From contig JAMLJG010000005.1 in assembly GCA_023953695.1 (NCBI GenBank), forward strand, positions 7,477-71,476: a stretch of DNA of 64,000 bases. The letters are read 5' to 3'. The translations under genes were made by a program, and so were the position numbers. Positions 47,018 through 56,209 of this stretch are shown here, piece by piece. The notes beneath the pieces are model-generated. The model had not been told where the DNA came from and did no database searches. It saw only the letters and a program-made list of their open reading frames with translations. The number at the start of each line of letters is the position of its first letter. Position 1 is the first letter of the stretch. Source of the DNA: Kiritimatiellia bacterium (GTDB taxonomy: Bacteria > Verrucomicrobiota > Kiritimatiellia > CAIVKH01).

Positions 47018-47118
47018 GGGTCGGTCCGCACATAGTTGCAGAATGAGAGCAAGCAATGGGGTCAGGTCCAAGCAATGGGGTCAGGTCTTGACATGCTACA
47101 TTCCGTCGTGTTGAGATG
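47017..47118. repeat. Inverted copy of the 24-bp GACCGACCCC end, tandem caagcaatggggtcaggtc x2 and 47-bp unit copy 2
   Basis: 47017-47040 ggggtcggtccgcacatagttgca is the reverse complement of 1144-1167; tandem 19-mers at 47050-47087. Confidence 0.85.
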
Positions 47119-47249
47119 AGCGGTGGCCCCGGAAACGGAGCCAGGGGCGGCCGGGAATTAGTTATGGTCCGGCAAGACTCTCCCCGCCTTGTTTTGTCTC
47201 TCTTCTCCAGGTTCCCGACAAGGGATTTCTCCTGTTCCATCCATGATCA

Positions 47250-48092
47250 TCAAGCCACCTTACTGATCGCCGCGTAGCACGCCGCCGGGGTTTGCCCGTC
47301 CAGCGAACTGTGGGGCCGGTAGTGGTTGTACCGATCCATCCAAGCACTCGCCCCTCGCTCCAGCTCCCGTGGTGTCTCGTACGCCTTGAGGTAAACATCC
47401 TCGTATTTGAAACTCCACCACAGCCGCTCGATGAACACATTGTCCACCCAGCGGCCCTTTCCATCCATGCTGATCCGCAGCGCTTCATATTGCTGCAGTT
47501 CTGCGACCCATTCTCGCGAGGTGAACTGGCTGCCTTGATCCGTGTTCATGATCTCCGGATAACACCCGGCCATCCGCACCGCCATCCGGAAGGCTTCCAA
47601 GCACAGATTCACATCCATGGTGGTGGATACGGCCCAGCCCAATACCTTCCGGCTATACCAGTCCATCACCGCCATCAGGTAGCAATAGCCGTTCGCCATG
47701 GGGATATACGTGATATCCGCGCACCAGACCTGGTTCGGCCGGTCGATCACCAGATCCCGCAGCAGATAGGGAAACACCGGATGTCCACGCCCCGGCACGC
47801 TGGTTCTGGGCTTGGGCCAGCACGCCTCGAGACCCATCAACCTCATCAGGCGCGCCACCCGCTTCCGGTCGGCCGGCAGGGCGTGATCACGCCCCAGGAC
47901 CAGACTCATCCGGCGTGCCCCGTAGCAGGGCTCCTTCAAATGCAGTTCGTCCAGCAACCGCATGATCCGCAGGTCTTCCGGCGTCGTCTTGGCCGGCGGC
48001 GCTTCCAGCCGGTTCCTGTTCACCTCCAACAGGATGCATTGCTGGCGCACCGACAACTGGGGATGCCCTTGCTCGACCATTTGCTTCCTCAT
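47250..48092 (-). CDS. IS3 transposase OrfB (DDE integrase core)
   Basis: YGARRM, RKRVARLMR, NQVWCADITYI, NTDQGSQF, DNVFIERLWWSFKYE, YNHYRPHSSL. Confidence 0.93.
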   Translation of the reverse strand: MRKQMVEQGHPQLSVRQQCILLEVNRNRLEAPPAKTTPEDLRIMRLLDELHLKEPCYGARRMSLVLGRDHALPADRKRVARLMRLMGLEACWPKPRTSVPGRGHPVFPYLLRDLVIDRPNQVWCADITYIPMANGYCYLMAVMDWYSRKVLGWAVSTTMDVNLCLEAFRMAVRMAGCYPEIMNTDQGSQFTSREWVAELQQYEALRISMDGKGRWVDNVFIERLWWSFKYEDVYLKAYETPRELERGASAWMDRYNHYRPHSSLDGQTPAACYAAISKVA

Positions 48093-48394
48093 GGCTCGAT
48101 CCCCAGTTCCACGCACTTTTTTTGGAGGAATTCCTTCTCGATGACCAGTTGCCCCACCTTCCGCTCCATCCGGGCGCACCGATCTTCCAACTCTTTCAAC
48201 CGCTCATCCGCCGCACCCTTGCGCTCGAAGAGCAGGCTGATGTTCTCCTCCAGCTCCTTCTTCCAGCCCGACACCTGCACTGGGTGCAGGTTGTTGTCCC
48301 GGGCAATCTCCGTCACCGTCTTGACGCCCCGCAGGGCCTCCCGGGCTATCCGGGCCTTGAACTCCGCACTATGGTTCCGTCGCGTCCGCTTCAT
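48089..48394 (-). CDS. IS3 transposase OrfA (HTH)
   Basis: MKRTRRNHSAEFKARIA...HPVQVSGWKK...LERKVGQL-like; ends FLQKK at the slippery site. Confidence 0.92.
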   Translation of the reverse strand: MKRTRRNHSAEFKARIAREALRGVKTVTEIARDNNLHPVQVSGWKKELEENISLLFERKGAADERLKELEDRCARMERKVGQLVIEKEFLQKKCVELGIEP

Positions 48395-48497
48395 TGTTCT
48401 CCTCGTTTCTGCCCTGTCGTTCCAACAGGGCTACCGCAGGGAGAATCTCACCTCAAACCATAACTAGCCCCCTGGCTCCGTTTCCGGGGCCACCGCT

Positions 48498-48908
48498 TGG
48501 CTTTGGAGGAGGCCCTGATCCAGCGCTTCGGCTGGGTGCGGGGCGCACCGCCGGGAATGCGGCTGTGTCATGACAACGGGTTGGTCTTCGGATCCCGCGC
48601 TTATCGGGCGTTGGTGCGGGACTACGGGCTCACCCAGGAATACATCGCCCCCTACACACCCGAACAAAATGGCCTGTGTGAACGCTTCATCCGCACGTTC
48701 TAAGAGGAATGCGCGTGGCTGCACAACTTCAAGGACATCGCAGACGCCCGCCGGGCCATTGCCACTTTCATCCAGTTCTACAACACGGAGCGCCGACACC
48801 AGTCGCTCGGATATCTCACCCCACAGCAATACAACCACACCCGAAAGGTCGCAGCATGATCGCAGAAATTAATCATCAGACTTGTCCAACTGTCGAGGGG
48901 ACACTACA
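48498..48908 (+). pseudogene. 3' remnant of a second IS3-like element (integrase core with in-frame stop)
   Basis: HDNGLVF...PYTPEQNGLCERFIRTF*EECAWLHNF...FYNTERRHQSLGYLTP with TAA at 48701-48703; ends in an IR-like tgtccaactgtcgaggggacactaCA at 48908. Confidence 0.85.
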
Positions 48909-48926
48909 AGACGGCCTAAATTTGTA

Positions 48927-49280
48927 TGGTGGAGGCGGGGGGAATCGAACCCCCGTCCGCATAAGCGTTGCGATGGCATCTACGCGCGTGTTCCGTAATT
49001 AAGTCTCGCCCGGTGAACTGCCTACGGACAGGCCATTCACCGCGCCAGCACCCACGATGGATACATCCTCAGTCCCCGGGTACTCGGTTCTTCGGACGCC
49101 CTGCTGTCGGCGTTTCAGCCCCCGAGCAGGAGTGAGGGGTGAAACGTCGCGGCAACTTTAGGCCGCGAGAGCCAGCTCTTCGTTGGCTTGTGTGTTTTCC
49201 CGCATTTTTAACGAGGCCAAGCGGGGTCCCCGGCGCGCCACCAAAGCTTCAAACCTACACGTCGAAACCTGGTCGCCCCC
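48927..49280 (-). ncRNA. ssrA: tmRNA (one-piece); tag peptide (A)ANEELALAA
   Basis: 5' GGGGGCGACCAGGTTTCGAC, 3' GGACGGGGGTTCGATTCCCCCCGCCTCCACCA with G3:U70; resume frame GCC AAC GAA GAG CTG GCT CTC GCG GCC TAA. Confidence 0.95.
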
Positions 49281-49359
49281 ATTCTTTCCGACGCCATTTG
49301 TCAGAGAACGCTCTTATTCTACACATTTCGTATAGACCTGTTGAGCGCTGAGTGGGAAA

Positions 49360-49436
49360 TGGCGTCCCCGGAGAGAGTTGAACTCCCAACCTTCTGATCC
49401 GTAGTCAGATGCTCTATCCAATTGAGCTACGGGGAC
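49360..49436 (-). tRNA. tRNA-Arg(ACG)
   Basis: GTCCCCGTAGCTCAATTGGATAGAGCATCTGACTACGGATCAGAAGGTTGGGAGTTCAACTCTCTCCGGGGACGCCA. Confidence 0.97.
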
Positions 49437-49539
49437 GTCAAAGTGGTGACATTATCGAAGCTCTTTTCTAAACGCAACCAGGAATTGCTTCGCGGCGCTC
49501 GCATTTTTGTGCAGTTGTGGGACTGGGGCAGCGCGTGGG

Positions 49540-51321
49540 CTAGATGTCGCGAAGGCTGAGGCTGTTGAACATGCTGCCGGGTGTGGCGAGGAGTTGCGCA
49601 GGCGCGCCTTGTTCAAGGATCTGGCCGCGGTCCATGACGAGGATTTGGTCGGCCATGGAGACGGTCTTGATGCGGTGCGCGATGCTGATGATCGTCTTGT
49701 GTTCGCTGATTTTGGCGACGGTCTGGAGAATGCCGGCTTCTGTTGCGCTATCGAGTTGCGAGGTGATTTCGTCGAGTACGATGATGGGGGTTTCACGGAG
49801 CAGGGCGCGGGCGAGGGCAATGCGCTGGCGCTGACCGCCGGATACTTCTTCACCGCCTTCGCCCATGAAGCGCTGCAGGCCGGAGCGATCGCCGAGCCAG
49901 TCGTCGAGCAGCACCTGTTGGCATACGTGCCAGAGTTGATCGTCGGTGGCGTGTGGATTCGCGAGGCGAAGGTTGGCGGCCAGGGTGTCGTTGAATAGAT
50001 AGGTGCGCTGGCTGACGATGGTGACTAAATTGCGCAATTGCCGACCGCTGAAGTCGCGGATGTCCACTCCGGCGACTTCAATGGTTCCTGAATCCGGCAA
50101 CCAGAATTGGAGCGCGAGCGCAGCGATGGTGGATTTGCCTGAGCCGGAGGCGCCGACAATGCCCGTGAAACTGCCGGGGGCGACTTCGAAGGTGACGTCA
50201 TCCACAGCGGCGTTGAGTCGGCCGGGGTAGGTGAACTTGACGTTCTGAAAGCGAATGCCGGCGCGCGATTTGAGTTCGGTCAAGTTGAGGGCGGGATTGT
50301 CCGCTCGGTTGGGGACGACGGGTTCGGCGTCAATGATGCTGAAGAGGCGCTCGGCGGAGACAAACGCCTGATCGAGGTCGGCTGCTGCTTCTTCGATTTC
50401 AAGCAGCGCCGGCCACGTTGCAAACATGGAAAGCAGGCCCACGAGCAGTGCGCCGAGGGCTCCGCTATTCCATGCGGCTTCCGCATTGTGAGATTCGTTC
50501 AGAAACCAGTGTATGCCGTACGCGATGAAGAGCGCCATGGCCACGACGCGGCTCAGCGCGCTCACTGTTCGACGGTTGGCCAAACGGTAGCCCAGGCGTT
50601 GCAGGCCTGCGCTGACGCCGGCGGTGGCGGACTCCAGCTCGTCCTGGCGCGCTTGTGTTGCGCGAAAACCGAGGACTTCGCCGATTCCCTGCATGCTGTC
50701 CACCAAGTGCTGCGCAACCAATCCGCGCTGCTCGCGGATGACTTTGGCGTCTCGAGAGCCTTGCTTGGCCCCGATATTGGGAACTACCAGGCCGAGAATC
50801 AGAAACGAGGATGCCATGATGATCAGGAGGGGCGGGGGGAGTTGATTCCAAAAGATGGCGACCACGGTGATGGGGATCAAAACCGCTGTGGTCACGGGGG
50901 CGATGGTGTGGGCGAAGAAAACTTCCACCCGATCCACATCGCGCGTGACGCGGGCGATAAGGTCGCCGCTCTTTTTGCCGTCGGTTGCTGCGGGCGCTTG
51001 CGGTTCGAGACGGTCGAAGACGAGCGTGCGCAGATAGGCGAGCGACTTGAATGCGACATAGTGTCCGGCATATTGCTCGAGGTAGCGCAGCACCGCGCGG
51101 ATGACGGAGACGATGACTAGGCCGATTAATGCGGCCTTCAGATCGAGCGCTTCGCGATTTTGCCGATGGAGGAAGAGCGTGCCGAGAATCCAACCGCTCA
51201 ATGCGAGCTGCATTATGCCTGCGAGCAGGGCGATATAGCGGCAGATCGTAGAAAGGATGAGCGGAACTTTGACGGGTTGAACGATCGCCAACAGGCGGTT
51301 CCTGATTTGAGCTGAAGTCAT
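49540..51321 (-). CDS. ABC exporter, fused TMD-NBD (CydC-like)
   Basis: RYLEQYAGHYVAFKSLA, SGDLIARVTRDVD, GASGSGKS, VSGGQRQR. Confidence 0.82.
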   Translation of the reverse strand: MTSAQIRNRLLAIVQPVKVPLILSTICRYIALLAGIMQLALSGWILGTLFLHRQNREALDLKAALIGLVIVSVIRAVLRYLEQYAGHYVAFKSLAYLRTLVFDRLEPQAPAATDGKKSGDLIARVTRDVDRVEVFFAHTIAPVTTAVLIPITVVAIFWNQLPPPLLIIMASSFLILGLVVPNIGAKQGSRDAKVIREQRGLVAQHLVDSMQGIGEVLGFRATQARQDELESATAGVSAGLQRLGYRLANRRTVSALSRVVAMALFIAYGIHWFLNESHNAEAAWNSGALGALLVGLLSMFATWPALLEIEEAAADLDQAFVSAERLFSIIDAEPVVPNRADNPALNLTELKSRAGIRFQNVKFTYPGRLNAAVDDVTFEVAPGSFTGIVGASGSGKSTIAALALQFWLPDSGTIEVAGVDIRDFSGRQLRNLVTIVSQRTYLFNDTLAANLRLANPHATDDQLWHVCQQVLLDDWLGDRSGLQRFMGEGGEEVSGGQRQRIALARALLRETPIIVLDEITSQLDSATEAGILQTVAKISEHKTIISIAHRIKTVSMADQILVMDRGQILEQGAPAQLLATPGSMFNSLSLRDI

Positions 51322-53006
51322 ACTTGCGCCAACTTTCCATCCGCGAGCCGATAGGTCTTATCGGCGCCCGCAATCACCGCCTTGCGGTGAGCGATCGTGA
51401 TCAAGGTCTTGTCCGATTTGATTTTGGAGAGGGACTCGCGAATCAATGCTTCAGAGTGCAGGTCCACTTGCGACGTGGGTTCGTCCAGAATCAAAATCCT
51501 GCTTCCCGAAAGAATCGCGCGTGCAAGCGCCAAGCGCTGGGCTTGTCCGCCGGAAAGGCCGAGCCCGCGCTCGCCAACCTCCGTTTGCAACTGGTGCGGC
51601 ATCTGTCGGACTTCAGCAGCCAGATTTGCCGCTTCCAGCGCCTCCCAAAGTTCGCTGTCCGTTGCATCCTGTTTTGCGAGACGCAAATTTGCCGCCACGG
51701 AGCCGGTGAAAAGATAGGTGTTTTGGGAAACGACCGATAGCGCTTTGCCCACGCGGTGTTGCGAGACGGTTTCGCCCGCGACTTTGATGTCGCCCGAGGT
51801 CGGTTGGTAGAAGCCGCGGATCAAACTCACCAACGTTGATTTGCCGCCGCCGCTTTCGCCAACGATCGCCACTTCTTCGCCCGTCATCACTTTCAGATTC
51901 ACCTGACTCAACACCTCGCCCGTGCTGCCGGGGTAGGTGAAGCTCAAGTTGCTGATGTCAACGGCCACCGCGCCGTTCTTCTTCACGGGCGAGGCGTCTT
52001 CTGTTGGGGCAGTGGATTGGACATCGGCCGCTTCCGCCGCATCCTTCGCCACCTTTGCATCCGCCGCGGCAGCGACCAGGCGGCGCAGCTCCTTTTGCGA
52101 TGCGATTCCGCCCATACCGATATAGAAGAACGCGCCCACGCGGTTCAAAGGCTCCGTGAGCAGGGTCGAGAGCAGGACCAACGCCAGTGCTGAACCCAAG
52201 CTCAGGGTGTTGTCTTGGTAGCCGACGGCAGCCAGATATGTGCCCAGTACCGGCATGGCCAAACTGAAGGAGAGGTCCGCCACAATAATGATCAATTGAT
52301 TGCCCGCCAGCAGTCGCATCACATGCTTGCGGGTCTCCTCCGCTTCCTCGGCAATGACCTTGCGTTGATAGTCGCCCGCATTCAACCCGCGCAACATGCC
52401 CAGTCCCTGCACGGAATCCAGATAGGTGGTGGCGAGTTTGCGCGCCTGTTTGCGATAGGAGTTGGAAACTTTTCTGAAAGCCTTTTGGAAGGAGAGAATG
52501 ATAATGGGCACCAGCGGCAATGTCGCCAGCATGATCAAACCGCTCTTGAGATCAACGAGTGCGGCGATGACGATGGTGACCAGGAACGGTGAAAAGAGCG
52601 CGGCCCGGATTGAACCCAGGAAGCGAGTTCTGTATGCGCTGGCGCGATCTACGGCATCCGTCATGCTCGAGATGAGCCGCCCCGTCTTCTGCGTCATTCG
52701 AAAGCTGGGGCCCAGCGTGAATACCGCATCGAGGGCCTGGCGACGCAGAGACAACTCGTCGTCTGCCTGTCCTTTGAGAGAATAGACCTCCGTATAATAC
52801 GTCGCGAACAGGAGTGCCCCACAGGCCGGAAGGAGGACAAGCTTCCAGTTTTCCGTACTGGCACCCATCAAGACATCCAGCAGGCTTCCCAGCGAAAGAA
52901 AGAAGAAGGCCCACGCGAGTTGGACCACGAAGCCAAGCCACATCGTGGTCTTTACGACGTTTTTTGGGGCGGGGAGCGGGACGGGTGGCTTGCTGGATTT
53001 TGGCAT
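51318..53006 (-). CDS. ABC exporter, fused TMD-NBD (CydD-like)
   Basis: YLDSVQGL, PLNRVGAFFY, GESGGGKS, GERGLGLSGGQAQRLALARA; ATG 53006 chosen as the start. Confidence 0.82.
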   Translation of the reverse strand: MPKSSKPPVPLPAPKNVVKTTMWLGFVVQLAWAFFFLSLGSLLDVLMGASTENWKLVLLPACGALLFATYYTEVYSLKGQADDELSLRRQALDAVFTLGPSFRMTQKTGRLISSMTDAVDRASAYRTRFLGSIRAALFSPFLVTIVIAALVDLKSGLIMLATLPLVPIIILSFQKAFRKVSNSYRKQARKLATTYLDSVQGLGMLRGLNAGDYQRKVIAEEAEETRKHVMRLLAGNQLIIIVADLSFSLAMPVLGTYLAAVGYQDNTLSLGSALALVLLSTLLTEPLNRVGAFFYIGMGGIASQKELRRLVAAAADAKVAKDAAEAADVQSTAPTEDASPVKKNGAVAVDISNLSFTYPGSTGEVLSQVNLKVMTGEEVAIVGESGGGKSTLVSLIRGFYQPTSGDIKVAGETVSQHRVGKALSVVSQNTYLFTGSVAANLRLAKQDATDSELWEALEAANLAAEVRQMPHQLQTEVGERGLGLSGGQAQRLALARAILSGSRILILDEPTSQVDLHSEALIRESLSKIKSDKTLITIAHRKAVIAGADKTYRLADGKLAQV

Positions 53007-53197
53007 ATCGCGAAAAGTACCGTGCTTTTCGCTCGTTTCAAGCGGCAGTATGCACAAATCGCCTGTGAAAACGCTAACGGGTCGGTCAGAGCTAGCTGGT
53101 GGGGTGCATCAATCCGGCTATTTTTCGACGCATTGTCTTTTTTTATGGTAAAAATGCGCATCGCTCCTATACATTGAGCATCGGCAAGGAGATCACT

Positions 53198-53944
53198 ATG
53201 TATAAGAAATTGTTGCTGCCTATCCTTTGTTGCACAGCTTCGCTTGCGTTTGCAGAACCCCAACGCACGGTGCTGACCACCGAAAACAAGTTTCCAGAGC
53301 TGGGTCACCTGGAGCTCGGATACGACTTTTCCAACCGCGAATTCTCCGATCTCGAGTACCGCAGCCATGAGGTCTTTGCGCGATTCGGACTCGTTGAGAA
53401 TCTGACAGCGCGTGTTCACGTTCCGTTCGACACCTACCGCCCGGATTTCGGCAGCAGCGAGAGCGGGCTGGGTGATGTTCGCGTCGGCCTCGACCTCGTG
53501 GCCTATCAGGACGTCTTCTCCTTCCCCTTCATCATCCCTCACGTGGATGTGGGCTTTTCGACCGGCGATGAGGACAAGAACCTCGGCACCGGCGAGACGA
53601 TGTACAAGTTCGGCGTTGCGTTCGGCACCAAGACGCACGAGCAGTTTGTCTGGGTGTTGGACGTGAGCTACGCGGCTGACGCAAAGGCGAAGGCGGCTGA
53701 CGAGGACGACATTTTCGAAGTTGGGCTCTCGTGGGGCTGGGAACTCTCCGACCGGTTCATGCTCTCCCTGGAAGCCTTGATCCAGGACTACCAGGATACG
53801 GACAACGAGCCGTATTTGCTCGGTGGCGGCTTTTCTTACAAGTGGACCCCGGCTCTCCAGACCCGCTTCTTCATGGGCGGCTGGCAGGAGCAGGAATCGG
53901 GAGAAGACCTCGTAATCAATGTGAACGCGAGTTACTCCTTCTAA
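53198..53944 (+). CDS. Outer-membrane beta-barrel channel (MetA-pathway-of-phenol-degradation/transporter family-like)
   Basis: AGGAG SD, signal peptide, SGLGDV and TGDEDKNLGTG motifs, terminal SYSF. Confidence 0.75.
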   Translation: MYKKLLLPILCCTASLAFAEPQRTVLTTENKFPELGHLELGYDFSNREFSDLEYRSHEVFARFGLVENLTARVHVPFDTYRPDFGSSESGLGDVRVGLDLVAYQDVFSFPFIIPHVDVGFSTGDEDKNLGTGETMYKFGVAFGTKTHEQFVWVLDVSYAADAKAKAADEDDIFEVGLSWGWELSDRFMLSLEALIQDYQDTDNEPYLLGGGFSYKWTPALQTRFFMGGWQEQESGEDLVINVNASYSF

Positions 53945-53966
53945 TTGTCACTCAAGAACACTTGCC

Positions 53967-53999
53967 CGACGGCCCCGATTTTCGGGGCCGTCGTTTTTT
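53967..53999 (+). terminator. Rho-independent terminator
   Basis: cgacggccccga-ttt-tcggggccgtcg followed by tttttt. Confidence 0.88.
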
Positions 54000-54101
54000 A
54001 ACTCCAGCTCTTTCCCCGGACTCCCGTCGCGAGCTGCAAGAACCCGATTTTTCATTGCTGACGGCTCGCAATGTTGGGGGTGTGTGAGTACAGTGCGTGC
54101 G

Positions 54102-54842
54102 ATGTCTTCCATAGATCCCAATTCCATGAGTGAAGCTGAACCTTCGCGGCGCGAAGTTTGGCGAATGTTTGATCGCATTGCGCCGCGCTATGACTTGTTG
54201 AATCGCGTTCTCTCGGGCCGTCGCGATGTGGCGTGGCGCAAGCGCATGGGAACGCTGGCGCCGGATGGCGAGCGCTTGCGCCTGTTGGATGTGGCCACGG
54301 GAACCGCCGATCAGATTTTTTCCCTGATGGATGCTGTCCCGCGTATTGTCGAGGCGACAGGCGTGGACATGTCGGAAGGCATGTTGGCCAAAGGGCGCGA
54401 AAAAGTTGCGGCGCGCGGGATGACATCCAAGATCCAACTCAAGACTGGCGATGCGACTGCGATTCCCGAGCCGACTTCGGCCTACGATCTCTGCACCATT
54501 TCATTCGGCATTCGCAATGTCGTGGATGTGGTTGCGGGATTGCGCGAAATGCGCCGCGTTCTTCGGCCCGGCGGCCGCGCGCTCATATTGGAATTTTCGC
54601 AGCCCACCTCGCGGTGGTTCCGCGGACTCTATTTCTTTTATCTCCGCCATATATTGCCCGCCATCGGAGGGTGGTTTTCCGGCGATCGCGAGGCCTATCG
54701 CTATCTCAATGTCACCATCGAAACATTTCCGAGCGGTGAAACGTTTTGTGCGCTGATGCGCGAAGCGGGATTGGTTAACGTGCGCGCGATTCCGCTGACG
54801 TTGGGAATCGCCTCCATCTACGTTGGCGATGCGCCGTCATGA
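54102..54842 (+). CDS. menG: Demethylmenaquinone methyltransferase (MenG/UbiE)
   Basis: MFDRIAPRYDLLNR, LDVATGTAD, FGIRNV, ILEFS, AYRYL; start uncertain. Confidence 0.92.
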   Translation: MSSIDPNSMSEAEPSRREVWRMFDRIAPRYDLLNRVLSGRRDVAWRKRMGTLAPDGERLRLLDVATGTADQIFSLMDAVPRIVEATGVDMSEGMLAKGREKVAARGMTSKIQLKTGDATAIPEPTSAYDLCTISFGIRNVVDVVAGLREMRRVLRPGGRALILEFSQPTSRWFRGLYFFYLRHILPAIGGWFSGDREAYRYLNVTIETFPSGETFCALMREAGLVNVRAIPLTLGIASIYVGDAPS

Positions 54843-56209
54843 GCGAAGCCGCCTCCATGCCGCTCGCGGCGTGTCGGCGCCTCGAGACCCGCCTCAAGGA
54901 ACTGGCGGCCGCACCGAAGGCGAGGACTTCGCACCTTGTCCGCCTCTCTGAACGACTCGGAGCCGTGGACCTACTCGGCTGGCTTGCCGCGCAGCCCGGG
55001 AAAATTAAGGGCTACTGGGCGGATCGCGATGGCGGCCTCGAAGTGGCCGCGCTAGGCGAGGCGGATGAGGTGAAGGGCGAGACGGCAGGCGACTATCAAA
55101 CCTGTTGGCGCGAGCTGAAAGAGCGCTGGAATGGAGCCGATACGGACACTCGCTATTACGGCGGCTTTCGATTCGGGCCGTGGCATCCAGACGATCCGTC
55201 GTGGGCGCCCTTTCAGGCCTATCGTTTTGTTCTTCCCGAATTCGAATTGATTCGGCGCGAAGAGGGGGCGTGTGAGCTCATCTGCAATCTTTCGTTTCGC
55301 GCGGAGCGCGATCCGATCCCATCGGCGTTGGCGACGCTGCGCGCAATGCAGTTTCCCTCCTCGTTTCAGCCGAAGGCGGTGGGGCGCGTGCTGGGTCGGC
55401 ACGACACGCCGGGCCGCGAGCGATGGCTGCGGATTGTGAAGGAGGGACTTTCCGCAGTCCGCGCTCGCGAAGTGGAGAAGGTTGTCCTCGCGCGTCGAGC
55501 CTGCTTCGAGTTGGAGCACTCGGTGGATGCCTTCACGCTCATTCACCGCATGCGAGAAGAAGCAGGGCGCTGTTATCTCTTCTGCGGCGTTCACCAACTC
55601 GGCGTCGCCTTTGTTGGCGCGTCGCCCGAGCGGCTTTACAAACGACAGGGGCGCACCCTCCACAGCGAAGCGGTGGCGGGTACGCGGGTACGTGGCGCAA
55701 CGCCGAGCGAAGATGAAGCGTTGGCAACCGCGCTCGCGCAAAGTGCAAAAGAGAGACAAGAACATCAATTGGTGGTGGACGGCATTCGCGAAGGATTGTC
55801 TTCCCTCTCTTCCTCCATACGCATCGCCGAGGCCCCCTCGATCCTCAAGCTCGCTCGCCTCCAACACCTCGTGACGAAGATTGAGGCGAACCTTCGCCCC
55901 GAAGTGGACGATGCCACACTGCTGGGAGCGCTCCATCCAACGCCTGCCGTCGGTGGGCGTCCCGCTGCGGAGGCGATTCAGTTGTTGAACCGATTGGAGC
56001 CTTTTGATCGCGGTTGGTACACCGGCCCAGTGGGGTGGGTGGGGCCCGATGCCGCCGAGTTCGCCGTCGCGATTCGCTGCGGCGTTTCGGCGGGATCAAC
56101 GCTTTGTCTGTTCTCGGGAGCCGGCATTGTGGCCGACTCCGATCCCGCTGCCGAGTGGGATGAAATTGAATCGAAACTTTCAACCTTTCTGTCCATTCTC
56201 GTCCGATGA
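54839..56209 (+). CDS. menF: Isochorismate synthase
   Basis: KVVLARR, GASPERL, EAVAGT, KERQEH, LHPTPAVGG, FAVAIR. Confidence 0.92.
   Translation: MSEAASMPLAACRRLETRLKELAAAPKARTSHLVRLSERLGAVDLLGWLAAQPGKIKGYWADRDGGLEVAALGEADEVKGETAGDYQTCWRELKERWNGADTDTRYYGGFRFGPWHPDDPSWAPFQAYRFVLPEFELIRREEGACELICNLSFRAERDPIPSALATLRAMQFPSSFQPKAVGRVLGRHDTPGRERWLRIVKEGLSAVRAREVEKVVLARRACFELEHSVDAFTLIHRMREEAGRCYLFCGVHQLGVAFVGASPERLYKRQGRTLHSEAVAGTRVRGATPSEDEALATALAQSAKERQEHQLVVDGIREGLSSLSSSIRIAEAPSILKLARLQHLVTKIEANLRPEVDDATLLGALHPTPAVGGRPAAEAIQLLNRLEPFDRGWYTGPVGWVGPDAAEFAVAIRCGVSAGSTLCLFSGAGIVADSDPAAEWDEIESKLSTFLSILVR

Larger units (their letters stand above)
47119..48497 (-). mobile_element. IS3-family insertion sequence (about 1.38 kb)
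   Basis: Perfect 29-bp terminal inverted repeats agcggtggccccggaaacggagccagggg (47119-47147 / 48469-48497); orfA and orfB; A7G slippery site at 48116-48123. Confidence 0.93.

Noticed and set aside
48927-49280. Permuted two-piece tmRNA, or ORF 49139-49351
   Set aside because: The 5' and 3' tRNA-like halves are in standard order around the tag frame; the ORF is antisense to the RNA gene.
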